Shown here: piece by piece, positions 1 to 6,141 of the stretch | Layout: each line of letters opens with the position of its first letter | Numbering within the stretch: position 1 is the stretch's first letter | NCBI GenBank assembly: GCA_964502345.1 | Contig: CAZCWH010000006.1 | Location: 1,684 to 25,683 of the forward strand | DNA length: 24,000 bases | DNA from: an uncultured Candidatus Saccharibacteria bacterium | Lineage (GTDB): Bacteria; Patescibacteriota; Minisyncoccia; Phycocordibacterales; UBA918 | Reading direction: 5' to 3' | The notes under the pieces: generated by a model | What the model was told of the DNA's origin: nothing | Seen by the model: only the letters and a program-made list of their open reading frames with translations | Database searches by the model: none | Translations under genes and position numbers: made by a program

Positions 1-1784
1 TTGGTTGCATTTGCAACACTGACCCCGACCTCCACTACTGAAGTTGCGACGAGGATGTCGATATCGTGTTCAAGAAACCGCTTCATCGTTTTCTCTTTTT
101 CAGCAGGGGTCATCTTGCTGTGAAGAATTCCAATACGCGCATCTTTAAAAACACTTTTCTTGAGACGCTCCGCCTCGCTCTTTACTGATTTAAGTTGGAG
201 CGCATTCTCCATAAGTGGATCAGGTTCATCGATGCGTGGGCAGATGACGTATGCCTGTCGTCCATCTTTGAGTTCACTTCGAATATGTTTATAGACCTCC
301 TCGATACGAGTAGGGAGGACAACTTTAGTAATGATGGGCTTTCGTCCTTTCGGCATCTCGTCGAGGAGCGTGATATCGAGATCCCCATAGACGGTGAGTG
401 CTAAGGTGCGGGGAATTGGTGTCGCGGTCATAGATAAGAGGTGCGGCATCCTCGTATCTTTTTTCGCGAGCGCGCGTCGCTGGTTTGTGCCAAAGCGGTG
501 TTGTTCATCTATGATGACGTGGGCAAGGTGCTTAAATGCAACGGACTTATAAATAAGTGCATGAGTACCAATGAGGATGGGAATCTCGCCGTTCTGTACC
601 CATTTCAAAAGTTGAGCCTTTGAGATGGTTGTTGGTTTTGTGGGGTCGGTTTTTGAGGGGAATTTCATGCAGCCACTCCCCGTAATGAGGCCAATCTGAA
701 TAGGGAGGTGATGGAAGTATTCAATGAAGGACTCAAAATGCTGACGGGCGAGAATTTCAGTCGGCGCCATGTATGCCACCTGGAGATTACCAAATTGAAG
801 TTTGCTCGTGAGCCCCTCAGGGGGTCGGGATGTCGCGACTGCGTATGCAGTGGTCGCTGCTACCGCTGTCTTGCCACTTCCCACATCTCCCTCAAGGAGG
901 CGTGACATTGGATGTTTCCCACTGAAGTCCTTAAGCATGGCGTTGATGGCCCTGGTCTGTGCTCCTGTGAGCGGAAAGGGGAATCGACTTGTGAATGCTT
1001 CGATGTGCTCCCTGTCAGTCATAAACTGGTAGCTCGTCGCCACATTTATCTGTGCACGTTCATGTGCTTTTGCTACCTGAATTGAAAATACTTCTTCAAA
1101 AGCAAAACGCTTTCGTGCACTTTCTGCATGCTCAGCTTTCTTTGGAGTGTGTATCCATATGAGTGCCGTATTGAGTAGGGGGAGGTTGTATCGCTTCAAA
1201 ATTTCTTCAGGAATTGGATCCGTGAGTTTCTCTAGCACTCCTGCGTTAAAACATTTTTGCACCGTATGGAAGAACCACTTTGAGGTCACCCCCTTTGTCT
1301 CCCGGTACACAGGATAGATGGTTTCATCGAGATTCTCAGTATTGTTGAAAATCGAATCATGACGATCAATCGGAAGGCTTTCTAATTTTTCAATTTCAGG
1401 GTTTGCGAGATACAACTTTCCCTCAGTTCCTGTTACTTTGCCGGCGAGCTTCACGTAGGCGCCATCGACGAGCATCTTTGCAATGTATGGTTGATTGAAC
1501 CACATGATTTTAATACGTGCAGTCCCGTCCTCCACCCATCCTTCCGATATCGGCACACGACTCTTCCATGACTTTCTTGTTTTGAGTCCTCCGATGGCTC
1601 CATAGACGACAGCATCCTGACCTTTTACAAGCGACCCAACTGACTGAATTGATGAAATATCTTCGTAGCGCTGAGGGAGATGAAGGAGGAGGTCCAAGAC
1701 AGTATGAATTCCAAGGCGCTTGAGCGCCTTTTGATGTACTGCATCAATTCGAAAGTGGGTAGTGAGGAGGTCGGTAGGTGACAT
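1..1784 (-). CDS. recG: ATP-dependent DNA helicase RecG (3' end truncated by window start)
   Basis: Absent from the ORF track because the frame runs off position 1. Manual reverse translation from the ATG (complement of 1784-1782) gives MSPTDLLTTHFRIDA. The same frame contains PMSRLLEGDVGSGKTAVAATTAY (Walker A, about 840-910), VIIDEQHRFGTNQ (DEQH box, about 485-520) and GILHSKMTPAEKEKTMKRFLEHDIDILVATSVVEVGVSVANAT (helicase C-terminal motifs, about 5-140). The short ORFs listed at 182-1032 lie inside it. Confidence 0.9.
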   Translation of the reverse strand, partial: MSPTDLLTTHFRIDAVHQKALKRLGIHTVLDLLLHLPQRYEDISSIQSVGSLVKGQDAVVYGAIGGLKTRKSWKSRVPISEGWVEDGTARIKIMWFNQPYIAKMLVDGAYVKLAGKVTGTEGKLYLANPEIEKLESLPIDRHDSIFNNTENLDETIYPVYRETKGVTSKWFFHTVQKCFNAGVLEKLTDPIPEEILKRYNLPLLNTALIWIHTPKKAEHAESARKRFAFEEVFSIQVAKAHERAQINVATSYQFMTDREHIEAFTSRFPFPLTGAQTRAINAMLKDFSGKHPMSRLLEGDVGSGKTAVAATTAYAVATSRPPEGLTSKLQFGNLQVAYMAPTEILARQHFESFIEYFHHLPIQIGLITGSGCMKFPSKTDPTKPTTISKAQLLKWVQNGEIPILIGTHALIYKSVAFKHLAHVIIDEQHRFGTNQRRALAKKDTRMPHLLSMTATPIPRTLALTVYGDLDITLLDEMPKGRKPIITKVVLPTRIEEVYKHIRSELKDGRQAYVICPRIDEPDPLMENALQLKSVKSEAERLKKSVFKDARIGILHSKMTPAEKEKTMKRFLEHDIDILVATSVVEVGVSVANAT

Positions 1785-1833
1785 AGCGCTAATAGTAGCA
1801 GAAAGACTGGCGACAAAAGAAAGCGAGGGTACA

Positions 1834-1861
1834 TTGACAATACGTCACTATATGTTATAAT
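1834..1861 (+). promoter_or_regulatory. Near-consensus sigma70-type promoter with extended -10
   Basis: TTGACA at 1834-1839, a 16-nt spacer, then TGtTATAAT (TG at 1853-1854, TATAAT at 1856-1861). It lies 23 nt upstream of the first ATG of the 1884 ORF. Confidence 0.55.
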
Positions 1862-1883
1862 ACAAAACAGGTGTCGCCCTTTA

Positions 1884-2957
1884 ATGAGTGGCGATTTTTG
1901 TTGTTTTCCAGTCGAGGAGCAAGTCATGGCCAGAGAAGGAATTCCGGGAAATATCACACAGAACGTCGAGAGCACCGAAGCTGGAAAGCAGCGCAAACGC
2001 GCCGCACGGAAAGCTGAGGAGAAGGCACGGCTCGCCCGGCAAGAGCAAAGCCAGAGGGACTCCGACAGAGCCTTCTTGACGCTTGCGTCGCAGGCGTCGC
2101 CCTCGCGGATGTACATCATCAGCGGGATTGTGGGCAAACGGGTGGTCCTCGACCTCTCCCATGTGAGTGGCGAGAAGACCATCAGCGGCAAGATCGTCGT
2201 CGAAGTGGTGCAGGTGCCGTTTGGCCCGCATGAGCTCGGCAGGCTGATTCCGGCCATCAAGGTCATCGGGTCGAACTACAGTTTGGTGCCTGCCGACCCA
2301 GATCTCTGGCTTCACGCCCACCTGCTCATGAAATCCGACTTTCAAACCAGGCTCGAAGGCCGCCGCGCCGAACAGCAACGCAAGATGTGGGAGGTGCTTC
2401 GGACGGCATGTGCAAAGGAAATCGAAGAAAAGAACCTCACCAGGAAGGTACGGCAAGAAGAGCCGCAGGGGCAAACGACTCCCGCCGGCCAAGTATCCAT
2501 CGAGGTCACACCTCCTGCGGTGCATGTTCCGGTTCGGCCTGCGTTCGATACGAGTGGTGCGGTCACCCTCACCGTTTCCCACATCGCGCAAAAGGCGGGA
2601 CAGTGGAATGGGGAGGTGCTCAAGGTGTGCGCCGAACGTGGCTGTGCATACTTCGTGCGTGAGTTGGTCGCGGGGTCGCGGAAGCTCGTTCTCGTGTACG
2701 CAGACGACGACCACGAGCTCGCGCCCATTCTCGACGCGCACGCGTCAGTGCAGCTGGACTTCGCGGAGTTTCTCCGAGCAGAACCCCAGCCGGCCCGTGA
2801 TCTTCACGATATCCGTGAGGCGCGGAAAGAGGTCGCTCGGTACGTGTACCACGAGCTCCGGAGGCTTGGACTGAAACCTCGGGTCGTACAGCAGGAAACG
2901 ACGAGCGCTCCTGCACTCAGGGTGAAGGACTTCAAGGCTCTGAGCCACGTGAAGTGA
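1884..2957 (+). CDS. Hypothetical protein, compositionally foreign (high GC, high GC3); no recognisable domain
   Basis: 357-aa ORF. The coding frame is supported by third-position bias: 18 of 20 codons from 2100 end in G or C. The alternative start at ATG 1926 (MAREGIPGN) is where GC begins to rise. Flanked by the promoter at 1834-1861 and the terminator at 2988-3038. Confidence 0.6.
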   Translation: MSGDFCCFPVEEQVMAREGIPGNITQNVESTEAGKQRKRAARKAEEKARLARQEQSQRDSDRAFLTLASQASPSRMYIISGIVGKRVVLDLSHVSGEKTISGKIVVEVVQVPFGPHELGRLIPAIKVIGSNYSLVPADPDLWLHAHLLMKSDFQTRLEGRRAEQQRKMWEVLRTACAKEIEEKNLTRKVRQEEPQGQTTPAGQVSIEVTPPAVHVPVRPAFDTSGAVTLTVSHIAQKAGQWNGEVLKVCAERGCAYFVRELVAGSRKLVLVYADDDHELAPILDAHASVQLDFAEFLRAEPQPARDLHDIREARKEVARYVYHELRRLGLKPRVVQQETTSAPALRVKDFKALSHVK

Positions 2958-2987
2958 GAAAACAATAGTTCCACGGAGGTACTCAAA

Positions 2988-3038
2988 GGCCCGAGGAGGA
3001 ATGCGCAAGCATTCGCTCCTCGGGCCTTTTTCTTTTTC
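2988..3038 (+). terminator. Rho-independent terminator
   Basis: GGCCCGAGGAG (2988-2998) pairs with CTCCTCGGGCC (3016-3026) and is followed by TTTTTCTTTTTCTT. Confidence 0.7.
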
Positions 3039-3089
3039 TTGTGTGACTGATGTCGTATACTGGTAACCTTATTCATTGTCTTATGCACT

Positions 3090-4274
3090 GTGTCAAAAAA
3101 AGCATCACCTAAAAAGGTAGTTTCAAAGAAAGTAGTAAAAAAGGATTATGGTAAGCTCGCACTCGCGCTCCATAAGAAACTCAAAGGAAAACTTTCAGTG
3201 ATCTCGAAAGGGAAACTCGAGACCCGCGATGACTGGAGCATGATGTATACGCCCGGTGTTGCTGCGGTTTCAAGTCATCTCGCAAAAAATCCTCGTGATG
3301 CGCGTGAGTATACGATTAAAGGTAATACTGTCGCAGTTGTAAGTGATGGTACGGCAGTGCTTGGGCTTGGGAATATCGGTCCTATTGCTGCACTTCCCGT
3401 CATGGAAGGGAAGTGCGCCATCCTCAAAGAGATGGCAGGGATTGATGGTTTCCCAATTGTGCTTGACGCACATAGCATTGATGAAATCGTCGCGACAGTA
3501 AAAAATATTGCTCCTGGATTTGGAGCGATTAACCTCGAAGATATCGCAGCTCCTCAGTGTTTTGAAATCGAAGAGCGTCTCAAAAAGGAGCTCAATATTC
3601 CAGTCATGCATGATGATCAGCACGGAACCGCGATTGTGGTTTTAGCTGGACTCATTAACGCCTCGAAAGTTGTAAAGAAAAAACTCGAGTCACTCAAGGT
3701 AGTGATTGTCGGTGCAGGAGCTGCAGGGCGAGCTATTGCACTCCTTCTCCTCAAAGCAGGAGTTACAGACGTGATTGTCGTAGATAGTAAGGGAATTATT
3801 TATAAAGGGCGCGGTGGCATGGTGTCATACAAGGAATCACTCGCCAAAATCACTAACCCACGAGGGGTGAAAGGGGAGTTACTTGAAGCGGTGACGGGAG
3901 CAGATGTGCTTGTTGGTGTTTCTGGCCCTGGGTCAGTCGCAAAGATGCATGTTGAGCGTATGGCAAAGGATGGAATTGTGTTTGCACTCGCAAATCCAAT
4001 TCCGGAAATTATGCCTGAGGACGCAAAAATGGCCGGTGCACGAGTGGTTGCTACTGGGCGCTCAGATATGCCAAATCAGGTCAACAACTCTCTCGCATTT
4101 CCAGGAATTTTTCGTGGGGCACTTGATCGCCGCATCAATGAAATCACAGATGAAATCAAACTAGCTGCAGCAAAAAAGTTGGCGAGCCTTGTAAAGAAGC
4201 CAATAGAGAATGAGATTATTCCGCACGTGTCGACACCAGGCCTCGTGAAGGCGGTTGCGAGTGTTGTGAAATAA
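3090..4274 (+). CDS. NAD(P)-dependent malic enzyme (short form, no phosphotransacetylase domain)
   Basis: 394 aa with a GTG start. Motifs YTPGVA, VAVVSDGTAVLGLGNIGPIAALPVMEGKCAILKEMAGID, NLEDIAAPQCFEIE, HDDQHGTA and the Rossmann motif VIVGAGAAGRA are all typical of the malic enzyme family. Confidence 0.92.
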   Translation: MSKKASPKKVVSKKVVKKDYGKLALALHKKLKGKLSVISKGKLETRDDWSMMYTPGVAAVSSHLAKNPRDAREYTIKGNTVAVVSDGTAVLGLGNIGPIAALPVMEGKCAILKEMAGIDGFPIVLDAHSIDEIVATVKNIAPGFGAINLEDIAAPQCFEIEERLKKELNIPVMHDDQHGTAIVVLAGLINASKVVKKKLESLKVVIVGAGAAGRAIALLLLKAGVTDVIVVDSKGIIYKGRGGMVSYKESLAKITNPRGVKGELLEAVTGADVLVGVSGPGSVAKMHVERMAKDGIVFALANPIPEIMPEDAKMAGARVVATGRSDMPNQVNNSLAFPGIFRGALDRRINEITDEIKLAAAKKLASLVKKPIENEIIPHVSTPGLVKAVASVVK

Positions 4275-4279
4275 GAAAA

Positions 4280-4309
4280 GGCCTCGACGTTACGTCGGGG
4301 CCTTTTTTA
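4280..4309. terminator. Bidirectional rho-independent terminator between convergent genes
   Basis: GGCCTCGACGT (4280-4290) pairs with ACGTCGGGGCC (4292-4302, one G.T). It is flanked by an A-run upstream and TTTTTT downstream, so it reads as hairpin plus U-tract on both strands. Confidence 0.7.
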
Positions 4310-4341
4310 TTGAGTTCTTATCCAGCAGTAAGTGTCGAGTG

Positions 4342-4911
4342 TTATTGATTGTAGAATTTCTCGAGATAGTCTTCCTCAGTCATCACGGTGACCCTTGCGT
4401 CATGAGTGGTGTGTTCATGGTTATGGTACGTCCATGTACCAACTTTTGTGAATGTAAAATTCCATGACCCTCCCATTTTTACCCATTCACATTGGTCAAA
4501 AGAACTTCCTGCACAGTCATCTCTTCCTTTTTCTGGGTACAAACTATGGATTGGGTGATTGTCTGATGCGATCCACATTTTGTCATCGCTCACGTTCATG
4601 AATTTAACCGTTCCACCCTTGATGATTGTGACTTTGTTTGGGAGGAACTTTTTTCCGTCGTATATGACAAATGCGGTGGTAGGGAGCACAGGTGCACTGT
4701 CTACTGCTGGTTTTTTTGCAGTTGAAACGAATTTTTGAGTAGCAGTTCCTAGAGGGGTAGTTTCAAGGCTTTCCGTCGTTGTACCCATATCACCTGTTGT
4801 CTCCAGAATTGGGTCATTGACCTCTGGTGCTGCAACCTGCTCTGTCTGCATGAAGTAGAGTACACAGACAATGGTAACTACAGTCACGAGCCCGATAAGT
4901 AGCTTATGCAT
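4342..4911 (-). CDS. Membrane-anchored secreted protein with C-terminal cupredoxin-like fold (putative)
   Basis: 189 aa. It has an N-terminal hydrophobic anchor (LLIGLVTVVTIVCVLYF), a Thr/Pro-rich linker, then KVTIIKGGTVKFMNVSDDKMW...HPIH...C...C...GTWTYHNHEH, which resembles plastocyanin/EfeO-type beta-sandwich proteins with His/Cys ligand candidates. Confidence 0.55.
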   Translation of the reverse strand: MHKLLIGLVTVVTIVCVLYFMQTEQVAAPEVNDPILETTGDMGTTTESLETTPLGTATQKFVSTAKKPAVDSAPVLPTTAFVIYDGKKFLPNKVTIIKGGTVKFMNVSDDKMWIASDNHPIHSLYPEKGRDDCAGSSFDQCEWVKMGGSWNFTFTKVGTWTYHNHEHTTHDARVTVMTEEDYLEKFYNQ

Positions 4912-4968
4912 ACTCTATTCTGTAACGAAAATGGGTATATGTGCAAGCAAATATAAGTGCTTCTAGAA

Positions 4969-5001
4969 TGTGGGATTTGATCCTTACAGGATCTGTTCAG
5001 G
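4969..5001 (-). repeat. 33-nt direct repeat, copy 1 (tRNA-Ser T-arm seed plus GATCC-TTACA-GGATC hairpin)
   Basis: TGTGGGATTTGATCCTTACAGGATCTGTTCAGG is identical to 5061-5093. Its first 12 nt equal 5199-5210 inside tRNA-Ser. Confidence 0.9.
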
Positions 5002-5060
5002 GATTTGGTCACAGATAAATTTCTTACAGAAATTTTCCGCGACCCCGACTCGCTGAAAGG

Positions 5061-5093
5061 TGTGGGATTTGATCCTTACAGGATCTGTTCAGG
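5061..5093 (-). repeat. 33-nt direct repeat, copy 2
   Basis: Identical to 4969-5001. With the preceding G, 13 nt (5060-5072) equal 5198-5210 of tRNA-Ser. Confidence 0.9.
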
Positions 5094-5143
5094 TTGTATG
5101 ATATTTTCTTATAGAAAATATCGACAACCTCTTCAAATCCCAC
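5062..5143 (-). ncRNA. Candidate structured RNA / hairpin module A (three-stem element, function unknown)
   Basis: Read on the minus strand there are four pairings. Outer stem: GTGGGATTTGA (comp. 5143-5133) with TCAAATCCCAC (comp. 5072-5062). AGGTTGT (comp. 5130-5124) pairs with ACAACCT (comp. 5097-5091). GATATTTTC pairs with GAAAATATC (5100-5108 and 5114-5122). Hairpin GATCC-TGTAA-GGATC lies at 5071-5085. The module is homologous to 22868-22932 on the plus strand, with compensatory changes in the stems. Confidence 0.45.
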
Positions 5144-5149
5144 GCGCAG

Positions 5150-5189
5150 AAACTAGAAATCCCATACAAAAGTATGGGATCTCTAGTTT
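5150..5189 (-). terminator. Long hairpin immediately 3' of tRNA-Ser (possible terminator or processing signal)
   Basis: An 18-nt arm at 5150-5167 pairs with 5172-5189 at 17 of 18 positions around an AAAA/TTTT loop. The 3' arm is U-rich on the minus strand (GGGAUUUCUAGUUU). The hairpin starts 2 nt after the tRNA discriminator base. Confidence 0.45.
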
Positions 5190-5191
5190 TG

Positions 5192-5278
5192 CGGAGAGTG
5201 TGGGATTTGAACCCACGAGGGTTTTAAGGCCCTGCCTCGTTAGCAGTGAGGTGCTTTCGACCACTCAGCCAACTCTCC
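5192..5278 (-). tRNA. tRNA-Ser (anticodon GCU), class II with long variable arm; CCA not encoded
   Basis: The minus strand reads GGAGAGT-TG-GCT-GAGTGGTCGAA-AGC-A-CCTCA-CTGCTAA-CGAGG-CAGGGCCTTAAAACCCTC-GTGGG-TTCAAAT-CCCAC-ACTCTCC-G. The acceptor, D and T stems pair. The anticodon stem has one A.C mismatch next to the loop. Confidence 0.9.
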
Positions 5279-5392
5279 GTGCGTTACTTCGCAAGAACGT
5301 TCTTACGAGAGTAATTGTTCGATTCGGTTTCCTCCTTTAGTCTGTTCGCGAAAGCTCACAACGACTAATCTGCTCACATTCGTTCGCAGACC

Positions 5393-5424
5393 GGACAAGA
5401 AATGAAATTGTTCATTTCTTGTCC
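5393..5424. repeat. Perfect 14-bp inverted repeat (hairpin) in the tRNA-Ser/comFC spacer
   Basis: GGACAAGAAATGAA (5393-5406), loop ATTG, TTCATTTCTTGTCC (5411-5424). No U-tract follows on either strand. It abuts a 13-nt copy of the tRNA-Ser D-loop region (5423-5435 equals 5261-5273). Confidence 0.8.
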
Positions 5425-5484
5425 ACTCAGCCAACAACCAGTTCTCTAGATGTGCAATGGACCGAGGAAGAATAGCATATTTTT

Positions 5485-6096
5485 TTAATGGGCTAAAGCG
5501 AGGCAGGTAACCCTAAGAGGAGCTGCCTTTTGCAAAGCTATCTTTGCGGATAGCATTGTTGCTCCCGTTGTCATCACATCATCAACAAGAACGATGTGTA
5601 GATAAGCGAGCGAGTCGGTCTTTTTAAGACTGAAAGCATTTAATACATTTTTAATACGCTCTTCTTTTGGAATTTCTGTTTGTGGACGTGTATTTTTAGT
5701 ACGAATAAGTAACTTCGGATTAATCACCATCGCAGGAATCAGGGCTTGTGTATTCAAGAGGATTTCGTGAATTTGATTATACCCGCGTTCACGCATTCTT
5801 TGAGCGGAAAGTGGCATTGGAATAAACACTGCATCTTGAAACTGCGTGTGTGAACCTACGTAGAGCGCTACGAGTTTACCAAGAAGCTTCTGTGCATGTG
5901 CATTGCCATGAAACTTCGCTTCATGAATAAGTGCGCGAACAGTAGGGTTCTTGAAATCACAAAGAGTGATGCAGCCGTTAAGTCCTTGCGGAGTAAGAAG
6001 TGTTGGCAAGAATGCGTCAGTAATATTTCGAACAACGAGCGTCTCAGTGCTTGGAGGGAAGAGTATATCAAAAAATTTTTGTACAAAGACATTCAT
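5485..6096 (-). CDS. comFC: ComF family protein (ComFC-type phosphoribosyltransferase-domain competence protein)
   Basis: 203 aa. The C-terminal PRTase signature is HIVLVDDVMTTGATMLSA. Size and layout match ComFC/GntX, and it is divergently adjacent to the pilus locus. Confidence 0.8.
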   Translation of the reverse strand: MNVFVQKFFDILFPPSTETLVVRNITDAFLPTLLTPQGLNGCITLCDFKNPTVRALIHEAKFHGNAHAQKLLGKLVALYVGSHTQFQDAVFIPMPLSAQRMRERGYNQIHEILLNTQALIPAMVINPKLLIRTKNTRPQTEIPKEERIKNVLNAFSLKKTDSLAYLHIVLVDDVMTTGATMLSAKIALQKAAPLRVTCLALAH

Positions 6097-6120
6097 ACGT
6101 AACGTGTGTGCAATGACTCA

Positions 6121-6129
6121 TGATAGAAT
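6121..6129 (+). promoter_or_regulatory. Possible extended -10 element upstream of pilM
   Basis: TGaTAGAAT at 6121-6129, 12 nt before the pilM ATG (6142). I found no convincing -35 and no Shine-Dalgarno sequence, so any transcript would have a very short leader. Confidence 0.3.
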
Positions 6130-6141
6130 ATTTCAGTCGAT

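Noticed and set aside
182-1032. Several 60-76-aa ORFs on both strands in the ORF track
   Set aside because: They lie inside the long minus-strand recG reading frame, which carries unambiguous helicase motifs. None has a motif of its own.
1625-3088. Long overlapping ORFs in four other frames (1625-2266 minus, 1881-2741 minus, 2342-2728 minus, 2410-2874 plus, and others)
   Set aside because: These are artefacts of the low stop-codon frequency in high-GC DNA. Only the 1884 plus frame shows strong G/C third-position bias, and it alone is matched by the promoter and terminator orientation.
4969-5093. Possible mini-CRISPR array (two identical 33-nt repeats)
   Set aside because: There are only two copies and the period is 92 bp, implying a 59-nt spacer, longer than usual. 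The repeat begins with a tRNA-derived segment and no cas genes are in the window. A tRNA-linked repeat is the better explanation.
5062-5143. Hammerhead-like three-way junction with CUGA and AAA elements
   Set aside because: The core does not fit. The sequence is CUGAACA rather than CUGAnGA, and stem II is followed by AAA without the required G. I make no ribozyme claim.
5005-5340. 111-aa plus-strand ORF
   Set aside because: It runs antisense through tRNA-Ser and the repeat region. It has no coding signature and no recognisable protein motif.
5281-5445. Second tRNA gene upstream of tRNA-Ser (D-loop-like GGCTGAGTGG on minus, T-loop-like GTTCGATTC on plus)
   Set aside because: The tRNA-like pieces are on opposite strands. 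No acceptor or anticodon stems can be paired into a cloverleaf by hand.
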